Positions 39,405 to 47,962 of a DNA stretch of 64,000 nt are shown here, piece by piece (positions within the stretch are counted from its first letter, which is position 1; each line of letters begins with the position of its first letter). Under the pieces are notes generated by a model that saw nothing but the letters and a program-made list of their open reading frames with translations, was not told where the DNA came from and did not search any database. The stretch spans positions 185,643 to 249,642 of the forward strand of contig JBDXKB010000004.1 in NCBI GenBank assembly GCA_039988235.1, in the 5' to 3' direction. The stretch comes from Erythrobacter sp. GTDB taxonomy: Bacteria > Pseudomonadota > Alphaproteobacteria > Sphingomonadales > Sphingomonadaceae. The translations under genes were made by a program, and so were the position numbers.

Positions 39405-41263
39405 TGGTCGCTGATCGCCGCCTGCGAACGAACGAGAAGCCCAATCGGGCCATCCTGTTGTCGTGGATTGCGGTCTCTATCGTATTGCTGCTGATGACGG
39501 GGCCCTATGTTCTGGAGGGCCGCTATCCTGGTCCCGACGATTCGCTTCGTTTGGTTCAGGTCCGCGATTTATTGGCGGGACAAGGCTGGTACGACCTCCA
39601 CCAATATCGGATAACTCCTCCCGATGGCACGCTGATGCATTGGTCGCGGCTGGTTGATGCACCCATCGCTGCGCTGATTTGGTTGTTGTCCTTCTTTTTC
39701 GAACAATCCTTGGCAGAGCGAATTGCGATGGTGATCACGCCATTGCTGATCTTGTTGCTCATCATGGTAGCGATTGGCCGCTTGGCGTGGCGGATGTTTG
39801 ATACACAGATCGCTATCTTCGCCTGTCTTGTGCTGGCAGCTCTGCCGCCTATCGTTATGCAAACCCAACCGCTCAGGATCGACCATCACGCATGGCAGAT
39901 TTTTGCAGTGGCTCTGTCGGCATGGGCGCTGTCATGGCGTTCTCCGTTTAAGGGCGGGGCCGCGGCCGGGATCGCAATGGGTCTGGGCATGATGATTTCG
40001 CTCGAGACACTGCCGATGAGCGCGGCCTTCGCGCTGGTCTTGGGCCTGCGTTGGATGCGCAGCGACAAAGAACGCTGGTGGCTGGTCAGCTATATGCAGG
40101 CGTTGGCTGGATCCTTGGTGCTCGGCTTTGCCGCAACCAGAGGTTGGGCTGATTTGGCACCGCATTGCGATGTGATATCGCCCGCCCATCTCGGCCTGTT
40201 TTTGATCACAGCATTGGCCACCGGAGCTTTTGCGGCCGTCCCGTCTATGCCTCGCGTAGTGCTGGTAATTGGGATGGCGGCAGCTGGCGCATTGGGTGTC
40301 GCGTTCATGGCCTGGTCGACCCCGCAATGTATTGGCAATCCGTTCACCGATCTCGACCCTCTCGTGCGGCAGCATTGGTATGAGAGCGTGCTAGAGGGCC
40401 GGCCGATTTGGTTAGGCAATGTCGATGCATGGTTGCCAGCTATCATCCAGTCGGTGACGGCGCTGGTGGTTGCGCTTCGGCTCGGTTTGAAAGGGCGTGA
40501 CTGGGCGCGAGTATGGTGGTTTGAATACGCGCTGCTGCTGGGCCTTGCGATCTTGGGAGGGATTTTGACCGCACGATCTATCGCCTTTGCCTCTGCTTTG
40601 TCAGCAATTCCTCTAGCTTGGTTGCTCAACCGCATATTCAAATATTGGAAAACCAGCAGTGAAATCGGCCCGAAATTGGTCGCGGCCCTCGCCATTTATG
40701 CGATTTTCTTGTCCGCCGGACCATTGAAGCTCGCTCGAGAACAATTGGCGCCGCTGACCTCTAGCGATGGTGTTGTTACGACCACGCGCGAATCCAAATG
40801 CGAAATCCGCGAGAATGCGCCGCTGTTGAACCAATTGAAGCCAAGCACAGTGTTTGCACCGCTCGACATCGGGCCAGCTTTGTTGCTGAATTCGCATCAT
40901 AGCGTGGTCGCATCGGGTCATCATCGCGCCCAACCAGCCATGCGGGATGTGATCGTGGCCTTTACCAGCACTCCTGAGCAAGCGCGCCCGATCATCGTTG
41001 GTCGGGACGCCGACTATATTGTTGCCTGTATTGATCTAACCGAGGCGAGCAATCTTGCTGCTGGCGGCGGCAAGGCCTCACTGATGCATCAATTGATGAA
41101 CGGCAATGCGCCCGAGTGGCTGGAAATTGTCGAGGTGGGCGGCCCGGACGAGCTCAAAGTATGGAAGTTTGGTTCGCTACCAATTGCGGGACAAAATCCC
41201 GTGGCGCCTCTTTCTGAGGCTTCAATGCCGGATTCTCCAGCGCCTGCTGTTACGCCGGAATAA
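39404..41263 (+). CDS. GT-C fold membrane glycosyltransferase, STT3/AglB-like
   Basis: About 13 TM segments plus a C-terminal soluble domain. Motifs GPDD, RIDHH, SVLE, ARS and APLDIG. TGATG overlap with the GtrA gene. Confidence 0.72.
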   Translation: MVADRRLRTNEKPNRAILLSWIAVSIVLLLMTGPYVLEGRYPGPDDSLRLVQVRDLLAGQGWYDLHQYRITPPDGTLMHWSRLVDAPIAALIWLLSFFFEQSLAERIAMVITPLLILLLIMVAIGRLAWRMFDTQIAIFACLVLAALPPIVMQTQPLRIDHHAWQIFAVALSAWALSWRSPFKGGAAAGIAMGLGMMISLETLPMSAAFALVLGLRWMRSDKERWWLVSYMQALAGSLVLGFAATRGWADLAPHCDVISPAHLGLFLITALATGAFAAVPSMPRVVLVIGMAAAGALGVAFMAWSTPQCIGNPFTDLDPLVRQHWYESVLEGRPIWLGNVDAWLPAIIQSVTALVVALRLGLKGRDWARVWWFEYALLLGLAILGGILTARSIAFASALSAIPLAWLLNRIFKYWKTSSEIGPKLVAALAIYAIFLSAGPLKLAREQLAPLTSSDGVVTTTRESKCEIRENAPLLNQLKPSTVFAPLDIGPALLLNSHHSVVASGHHRAQPAMRDVIVAFTSTPEQARPIIVGRDADYIVACIDLTEASNLAAGGGKASLMHQLMNGNAPEWLEIVEVGGPDELKVWKFGSLPIAGQNPVAPLSEASMPDSPAPAVTPE

Positions 41264-41759
41264 AGTCCAACGCTGCGCCGTTAATGCAGTGCCGCTGACC
41301 GGTCGGCTTTGGGCCGTCACTGAAAATATGGCCCAAATGTCCGCCGCAATCGGCGCAATGCACCTCGGTGCGGGGGAAGCCGATCTTAAAGTCGCGTTTT
41401 GTGCCAACAGCGCTTTTGTCGATCGCAGCGTAAAAGCTGGGCCAGCCGCTGCGGCTGTCATATTTTGTTCTCGATGAATACAGCCTGTTGCCGCACCCCG
41501 CGCAAACGAAGGTGCCCTTGCGCTTTTCATTATCCAGAGGTGAAGAAAAGGCACGTTCGGTGCCTTCTTGGCGCAAGACGTAAAACTCGTCTTTGGTCAG
41601 TATGCGCGACCATTCGGCTTCGCTCTTCGAAACGCGGAATTTGGCCGAGCGCGCGCTGGCGCTTCCACATGCCGAAAGTAGGGGCAAAGATAGGGCAATG
41701 CCCAAACCACCACCCAGGCCGGACAGTACGTTTCGGCGGCCTGTCTGTTTGTCGCGCAT
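41250..41759 (-). CDS. msrB: Peptide-methionine (R)-S-oxide reductase with export signal
   Basis: GTERAF, CAGC, KYDSRSGWPSF, RTEVHCADCGGHLGHIFSDGP, RHCING. N-terminal RR motif and LSAC. Confidence 0.95.
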   Translation of the reverse strand: MRDKQTGRRNVLSGLGGGLGIALSLPLLSACGSASARSAKFRVSKSEAEWSRILTKDEFYVLRQEGTERAFSSPLDNEKRKGTFVCAGCGNRLYSSRTKYDSRSGWPSFYAAIDKSAVGTKRDFKIGFPRTEVHCADCGGHLGHIFSDGPKPTGQRHCINGAALDFIPA

Positions 41760-41848
41760 AACTATCACCCTTCAATTGTCTCAATACCCACAATGGTAAA
41801 TACGTGGGAACAGTTGGAAAGGTTTCACATTGTCAGAAAATGCGCAGC

Positions 41849-43162
41849 CTAAAACTCGGAAACTTCGACTTCTAGCTTGCGGAAACCATGGACGAAATTG
41901 GCGCGCACTCGCTCCACTTCGCCAACCACATCCACGCGCATCCGGCGCTTGTGCATTTCTTCCAGCAAAATCCGCAATTGCAGTTCGGCAAGACGCGCCC
42001 CAACACAGCGATGGATGCCATAGCCAAATGCAATGTGGCGACGTGCATTTTCGCGCGTCAGATCAATCTTGTCGGCATTTTCGAACACTTCTTCGTCGCG
42101 ATTGGCAGACAGATACCACATCACCAGCTTGTCGCCCTTTTTGATCTTCTGGCCAAACTGTTCGGTGTCTTCTGTTGCAGTGCGCCGCATATGGGCGAGC
42201 GGCGTCTGGTAACGGATACACTCCTGAACCGCGTTCGGGATCAAATCGGGATTTTCCTCGAACAATTTGCGCTGATCAGGGAATTTATCGAGACCATGGA
42301 TAATGCCCGACATGGTGTTGCGGGTGGTGTCGTTGCCGCCAACAATCAGCAGCACCAGATTGCCAATAAATTCGCGCGGATCCATCGCGCTCATCGCTTC
42401 TGAATGCAGCATCATAGAGATGAGATCATTGGTCGGCTCGGCCTGTGACCGCTCCTGCCACAACATCCCGAAATACATCGCCATTTCCTGTTGGATGGCG
42501 TCGCGTGTGTCGTCCAAAGCTGGTGCCAGTGCGAGTTCGGTATCGCCTGACCAATCCGACCAAAATGTCAGCAGCCGACGATCTTCCCAAGGGAAGCCGA
42601 ACAGAAGGGCCAGCATCCCGGTGGTCAATTCGATCGATACGGTATCGACCCAGTCGAACTTTTCGCCTCGGGGCAAGGAATCCAGCACCTCACCCGTGCG
42701 GGCGCGGATCTCTGTCTCCATGTCCGCCATATTGCTGGGCGTAAATTTGGGGGCAACAGTGCGGCGTTGTCCGGTGTGCTCGGGCCGGTCCATGGCGATA
42801 AACATCGGCAGCTCGCGCCCTTCTTCGGCCGGGCGCGGTTCGAGGATAGTGATGCCGCCATATTCCCAACTGGAGGAGAACAATTCGGGCAGGGCTTCGA
42901 TGTGTTGGATCGCCTTGTGGCCAACGACATTCCAATAAGGGCCAAATGGGCTGTCGGGCACATAGTGCAGCGGACCTTTGGCGCGCATTTCGGCAAAGAT
43001 CGGCTGCCAACGGTCCTCGGCATAGATGTCCGAACGGCTGACATCATAGGGATGAGTATGCTCCGGACGCTCGTCAGGATGCTCTGCGAAGTACTGGTCC
43101 AGCGCTTCGTGTGCCTGAGGACTGGTGCGCCATTGCGGCTTTTCCGGGGCGATAGTGGCCAT
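41849..43162 (-). CDS. Cytochrome P450 (CYP153-like)
   Basis: MFIAMD, VGGNDTT I-helix, ECIR, FGYGIHRCVG heme motif. Start at ATG 43162 after an AGGGAGAG RBS. Confidence 0.95.
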   Translation of the reverse strand: MATIAPEKPQWRTSPQAHEALDQYFAEHPDERPEHTHPYDVSRSDIYAEDRWQPIFAEMRAKGPLHYVPDSPFGPYWNVVGHKAIQHIEALPELFSSSWEYGGITILEPRPAEEGRELPMFIAMDRPEHTGQRRTVAPKFTPSNMADMETEIRARTGEVLDSLPRGEKFDWVDTVSIELTTGMLALLFGFPWEDRRLLTFWSDWSGDTELALAPALDDTRDAIQQEMAMYFGMLWQERSQAEPTNDLISMMLHSEAMSAMDPREFIGNLVLLIVGGNDTTRNTMSGIIHGLDKFPDQRKLFEENPDLIPNAVQECIRYQTPLAHMRRTATEDTEQFGQKIKKGDKLVMWYLSANRDEEVFENADKIDLTRENARRHIAFGYGIHRCVGARLAELQLRILLEEMHKRRMRVDVVGEVERVRANFVHGFRKLEVEVSEF

Positions 43163-43223
43163 AATTCTCTCCCTAGCAGGCGACTCGATTGGACGCCTGT
43201 CTCGTGTGATGTCCATCCTGCGT

Positions 43224-43245
43224 CTATTGACAGCCTTGTCAATAG
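43224..43245. promoter_or_regulatory. Perfect inverted repeat CTATTGACA-N4-TGTCAATAG (operator over a -35 hexamer)
   Basis: Exact 9-bp arms, each containing TTGACA, about 60 nt upstream of the P450 start. Confidence 0.65.
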
Positions 43246-43263
43246 TGAGTTGCGTTTTGCGAC

Positions 43264-44544
43264 TTAACTGGTTGAGCGCTTGAACTGATACCAACGGCGC
43301 TTGTTCGAATTGTGCCCGCCGCCGCCAGACTTCATCACCCGTTTGCGGAACAGGGTTGATCCCATCTTGATAAATATCGCCACCCACAAGGCTTGATAGC
43401 CAATCGCGATAAGGATCGGCCATATTTCCTCGCTCTGCGCCGCGCGTGCAGTCATCGCAAAGGGCGAGCTTAGCGGGAACAAAATTGCCATTGCCTCCAG
43501 CACTGGCGCGCCATCGATCAAGGTGAAGCTGGCGAAGAAGAAGATGAACAATTGAAGCATGGTCACTGGCATCGATAGCGTCTGCACCTCGCGAACCGTG
43601 CTGGCCAATGCGCCAATAGCGAGGAAGATCGAGCCGATCAGCAAATAGCCCATCGAGAAATTGACCACGAACAAGACACTGAACAATGGCCACCCAACGC
43701 CAGGATCGGGCATTCCCATCAGGGTTTGCTTAACATTGCCAAAGTCACTGCCCGACAAAATCACCAATCCGATGAGCGAGAACCACACCGCTATACCCAC
43801 CAGAGATACCGCGAGCATGGCAAACAGTTTGCCCAGGAATACGGCCTCCATCGGCAGAGCGGCGGCCAAGATTTCGATGATCTTGTTGGCTTTTTCCTCG
43901 ACCAGATTGGACAAGACCATTCCAGCCAACAGCATCATCAAAAGGAACAGCAAGGTCATGGATATTTGCGCTGTATCGCGGCGGCGATCCTTGGTGGTTG
44001 CTCCGCTTTTGGTGACCAGACTGGTGGATAGCGCGGGATAGGACACATCGGCTTGGTTGCGCGCAAGGGCCAAATGCATAGTGACATGACCGCTCCACAT
44101 GCGCAGCCTGTCTTGCGTGCCGGTTAGGATAGGCTCTTCGAGCGTTCCGGTTAGGGCGGCCCCGTAAATACCGCTGTTGTCGGCAATTAAGGCCTCTGGA
44201 TCAATCGTGTCATGGCCGTCTGCCGGGTCGAACAGATAGAAATGAGGAACGCCCCCGCGCCCCAATTCGCTTTCGATACGTTCATGTGCGGCTAGAATGG
44301 CGGCCATATCCTCGCTCGGCATTTGCAAAGCTATGCGGACATCGGGCGCGTTCTGGTTGGCCGCCGCGCCCAATCCGCCTGACATTCCGAACACAACAGC
44401 GGGAAACAGCGGGCCGAGCAGAAAGAATAGGAAGCTACGGCTGAAAAGAATTGCGACAAAGTCTCGCCGGGCAACGACCATCGCCGCCTGAAAATTGGAA
44501 AGCCGCGCCTTTTGGCTCATGTCGACTTCGTTGGAAGCGCTCAT
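43264..44544 (-). CDS. ABC transporter permease (NatB/YhaP-like)
   Basis: LVEEKANKIIEILAA..FLGK motif and six TM segments. Confidence 0.9.
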   Translation of the reverse strand: MSASNEVDMSQKARLSNFQAAMVVARRDFVAILFSRSFLFFLLGPLFPAVVFGMSGGLGAAANQNAPDVRIALQMPSEDMAAILAAHERIESELGRGGVPHFYLFDPADGHDTIDPEALIADNSGIYGAALTGTLEEPILTGTQDRLRMWSGHVTMHLALARNQADVSYPALSTSLVTKSGATTKDRRRDTAQISMTLLFLLMMLLAGMVLSNLVEEKANKIIEILAAALPMEAVFLGKLFAMLAVSLVGIAVWFSLIGLVILSGSDFGNVKQTLMGMPDPGVGWPLFSVLFVVNFSMGYLLIGSIFLAIGALASTVREVQTLSMPVTMLQLFIFFFASFTLIDGAPVLEAMAILFPLSSPFAMTARAAQSEEIWPILIAIGYQALWVAIFIKMGSTLFRKRVMKSGGGGHNSNKRRWYQFKRSTS

Positions 44545-45548
44545 TGTCCATTCCCCGCATGCCCATCGGCCTCAAGCTGCTTTGCGGCTGCTTCCCCAGC
44601 GATATGGACGAAGGCATCATGCAATCCGGCACGTTCGATAGATAGTGAGAGTATGCCAGCATCGCCTTCGATCAATTGCCGCAGCAATGGCTCAACCCCA
44701 GTATCGGGCAGGGAGAACATGAAATAATCGCCCTCGCGCCGGGCATCTTCAGGCAATGCCGCTGTCCACGCCCCTTCACGGGCGCGCGTTTCCAGACGCA
44801 CTTGTGCAGGAATGCGGTCGCGCGCAGCCTCAACCGAGCCAGCATAGGGCACCTTGCCCCCGGCAATGATGGCGACACCTTCGCACAGGCGTTCTGCATG
44901 GTGGATCACATGGGTGGAGAAAATCACCGTGGTACCTTCGTCGGCCAAGGCGCGGATCATGCGCTCCAGCTTGCCCTGATTGATCGCATCGAGGCCAGAA
45001 AAGGGCTCGTCCAACACCACCAGTTTGGGCCGGTGAACCAAAGTGCCGAGCAATTGCACTGTTTGGGCCATGCCTTTGGACAATTGGCGGATTTGCCGGT
45101 CAGCAGCATGGGCGAGATCGTGCCGCTCAAGCAATTCGAGACCGCGCTCGCGCCCCTCCGGCAACGAAAGCCCGCGCAATGCACCCATGAAGGCAATTGC
45201 TTCGATGGCTTTCATTGAAGGGTAGAGTCCGCGCTCTTCGGGCAAATAGCCGATTAAACGTGCGATATCATGTGGTCGGTCATGACCAAACACACGGCGC
45301 ACACCTTCGTCGGGGTCAATAATGCCCAACAACATGCGCAATGTCGTAGTCTTGCCAGCGCCGTTGGGTCCCAGCACGCCATAGATGGCGCCTTCAGGCA
45401 CAGAGATGTCCACGCCATCAACCGCCAAAGTCCCGTCGAACCGTTTGACCAGCCCACGCGCCTCGATCGCCAATGGGTGACCGGCGCTTGCCTGTTCCGT
45501 TTGCACGGCATTGCCCGCCTGCACTTGATCGCTTACCGCAATATCCAT
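44541..45548 (-). CDS. ABC transporter ATP-binding protein
   Basis: GPNGAGKTT, LSKGM, LDEPFSGLD, H-loop. ATGA overlap with the permease. Confidence 0.95.
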   Translation of the reverse strand: MDIAVSDQVQAGNAVQTEQASAGHPLAIEARGLVKRFDGTLAVDGVDISVPEGAIYGVLGPNGAGKTTTLRMLLGIIDPDEGVRRVFGHDRPHDIARLIGYLPEERGLYPSMKAIEAIAFMGALRGLSLPEGRERGLELLERHDLAHAADRQIRQLSKGMAQTVQLLGTLVHRPKLVVLDEPFSGLDAINQGKLERMIRALADEGTTVIFSTHVIHHAERLCEGVAIIAGGKVPYAGSVEAARDRIPAQVRLETRAREGAWTAALPEDARREGDYFMFSLPDTGVEPLLRQLIEGDAGILSLSIERAGLHDAFVHIAGEAAAKQLEADGHAGNGQ

Positions 45549-45592
45549 GTCGCCCGGTTAACCTTAGGGCATGAACGGGAGCAACCCCAAGA

Positions 45593-46645
45593 GTGGTTAA
45601 TACCGCTGAAACTAATGAATTGCGTAAGGCCTTGCAGGAAAAAGCCCGCGAGCTTGGCTTTGCTGCGTTCGGGATTGCGTCTGCGCAAGACGATCCAATT
45701 CGCGCCGAGCGGTTGGAGAATTGGTTGGGCGAGGGCCGCCACGGATCGATGGAATGGATGGAGGCGCGGGCCGACGTGCGGCGCGGGCCGCAATCCATGT
45801 GGCCAGTGGCCAACAGCGTGATCGCGCTGGGGATGAGCTATGCCCCGTCGGATGATCCTTTGGCTTTAGAAGGACAGCCGGAGCGCGGCCGCATATCGGT
45901 CTATGCCCGCGGCAAGGATTACCACGACACGGTCAAGAAACGGCTCAAGGCACTGGCCCGCTGGCTGGTCGAGCAGGCCCCCGATAGCGAGCTAAAGGTC
46001 TTTGTCGATACTGCGCCGGTCATGGAAAAACCCTTGGGCGAGGCGGCGGGTATTGGATGGCAAGGCAAGCACACCAATCTGGTCAGTCGGGATGAAGGCA
46101 ATTGGTTATTTCTCGGCGCGATTTACACCACTGTTCGGTTTGAACCGGATGCACCGCATTCTGACCGGTGCGGGTCATGCAATGCCTGTCAGACAGCCTG
46201 CCCGACCGATGCCTTCCCTGCCCCTTATCAGCTGGATGCGCGGCGCTGTATCTCTTATCTCACTATTGAGCATAAGGGCCCCATTGCTGAGGAGTTTCGC
46301 GAGGCGCTCGGTAACCGCATCTATGGCTGTGATGATTGTCTGGCGGTTTGTCCGTGGAACAAATTTGCGCAGAGTGCTGCCAGCCACCGTGACTTTCTGC
46401 CGCGCGCCGAACTGGTCGCGCCCAGACTGGCCGAATTGCTGCAATTGGATGATGCGGGATTTCGCCAGCTGTTCTCAGGCTCTCCGATCAAACGGATCGG
46501 CCGGGACCGCTTTGTCCGAAACTGCCTTTATGCGGCGGGAAACAGTGCGAATGTCAATTTGCGGCATGCGGTAGAGGCGCTGCTGGGTGACCCTGATCCT
46601 GCCGTTGCGGATGCAGCGCGCTGGGCGCAGGCCCGTCTCAAATAG
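45593..46645 (+). CDS. queG: Epoxyqueuosine reductase
   Basis: [51 protein letters not shown]. Confidence 0.96.
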   Translation: MVNTAETNELRKALQEKARELGFAAFGIASAQDDPIRAERLENWLGEGRHGSMEWMEARADVRRGPQSMWPVANSVIALGMSYAPSDDPLALEGQPERGRISVYARGKDYHDTVKKRLKALARWLVEQAPDSELKVFVDTAPVMEKPLGEAAGIGWQGKHTNLVSRDEGNWLFLGAIYTTVRFEPDAPHSDRCGSCNACQTACPTDAFPAPYQLDARRCISYLTIEHKGPIAEEFREALGNRIYGCDDCLAVCPWNKFAQSAASHRDFLPRAELVAPRLAELLQLDDAGFRQLFSGSPIKRIGRDRFVRNCLYAAGNSANVNLRHAVEALLGDPDPAVADAARWAQARLK

Positions 46646-46652
46646 TCCAGCC

Positions 46653-47882
46653 TCATAGCAGTGATTTAAGCGGAATTTCAGCGTCAGCCAGTGCGTCTAG
46701 ATCGACTTCGTCAATGCCGCTCTCGATCAATTTGCGCCCTTGAACATAATCTTTGGTGTTGTTGACGCAATCAAAGGCAATTGGCTTGCCCTCTTTCAAG
46801 TAAACGACAGTGAATTTCCGCGTCGCCGGATCACCGCGCAATATTGTCGCATCGAAATCGAGCGATAGTCCGGCGGTCTGCAAACGCAGATCATATTGAT
46901 TGGACCAGAACCAGGGCAGCGCGTGATAGGGCTGCTTGTCGCCCATAATCGCCTTGGCGACGGTATTGGCCATATCGTTGGCATTTTGGACCGATTCGAG
47001 CCGGATGACCGCTTGGTCCGCGAACGGATTGGCATGGGCGGCGCAATCACCAACGGCATAGATATCGTCCAGCGTCGTGCGGCAGAACACATCGACATCA
47101 ACGCCATTTGAACCCGCTGCTCCTGCCGCGATCAGAGGTGCGACAGAAGGCACAATTCCAATTCCGACGATCACCATATCGCAGGGCACAGATTCGCCAT
47201 CTGCCAGCAAGATAGAGCTGGCCACAGCATCCTCACCCTCGATTGCCTCGACCCCGGTATCCAGCCTGACGTCGACACCCTGCCTGCGGTGCTCGTCTTG
47301 ATAGAAAGTGGACAAATCTTCGCCAGCGACCCGCGCCAGAACGCGGGGCAAAGCCTCGATCAAGGTTACTTCGCAGCCCAATTTGCGCAGGACTGCGGCT
47401 GCCTCCAGCCCGATGTAACCACCGCCGATAACGGCAACGCGTTTTGCGCCCGCGTCCAGCGCGGCCATGATCGCATCCACATCGCGTTTGTTGCGAACCG
47501 AATGAACATTTTTGAAGTTGCCGCCGGGGCAGGAAAGTCTGCGCGGATCGCCTCCGCCAGCCCAGATGAGCTTGCGATAGCCGATGCGTTCACCACTGGT
47601 CAGCTCCACCTCATGAGCGATTGGATCAACCGTATCGACGGCGCTTTGCAGCCGTAGATCAATGCCCTTGTCGGCCCAGAATTGTTGCGGACGGATCATG
47701 ATCCGCTCGAACGGTTTGTCACCAGCCATATACTCTTTGGACAAGGGTGGCCGTTCATAGGGAGGCTCGGTGTCCCGGCCCAACATGATGATAGTGCCGT
47801 CATGGCCTTGCTGCCGCAAAGCGACGGCTGCCTGTGCACCGCCGTGCCCGGTACCCACGATCAAAACGTCTGCAGTTGTCAT
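46653..47882 (-). CDS. NAD(P)H-ferredoxin reductase (putidaredoxin reductase-like)
   Basis: [44 protein letters not shown]. Confidence 0.93.
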   Translation of the reverse strand: MTTADVLIVGTGHGGAQAAVALRQQGHDGTIIMLGRDTEPPYERPPLSKEYMAGDKPFERIMIRPQQFWADKGIDLRLQSAVDTVDPIAHEVELTSGERIGYRKLIWAGGGDPRRLSCPGGNFKNVHSVRNKRDVDAIMAALDAGAKRVAVIGGGYIGLEAAAVLRKLGCEVTLIEALPRVLARVAGEDLSTFYQDEHRRQGVDVRLDTGVEAIEGEDAVASSILLADGESVPCDMVIVGIGIVPSVAPLIAAGAAGSNGVDVDVFCRTTLDDIYAVGDCAAHANPFADQAVIRLESVQNANDMANTVAKAIMGDKQPYHALPWFWSNQYDLRLQTAGLSLDFDATILRGDPATRKFTVVYLKEGKPIAFDCVNNTKDYVQGRKLIESGIDEVDLDALADAEIPLKSLL

Positions 47883-47962
47883 GGCGCTGTGGGTCGCCCC
47901 AAAAACCGGCTGCGTCAAGTTTAGATCACTTTATGCCAAGCCTCAGATGGTCTGAAATCACC

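Noticed and set aside
41815-41824. TGGAAAGGTT upstream of msrB matching the XRE operator half-site
   Set aside because: A single 10-bp match is plausible by chance in 64 kb, and the rest of the site and its partner are missing.
43163-43693. 177-aa N-terminal extension of the P450 ORF (possible fusion)
   Set aside because: It overlaps the ABC permease on the same strand in another frame and has non-protein-like composition. A good RBS precedes ATG 43162.
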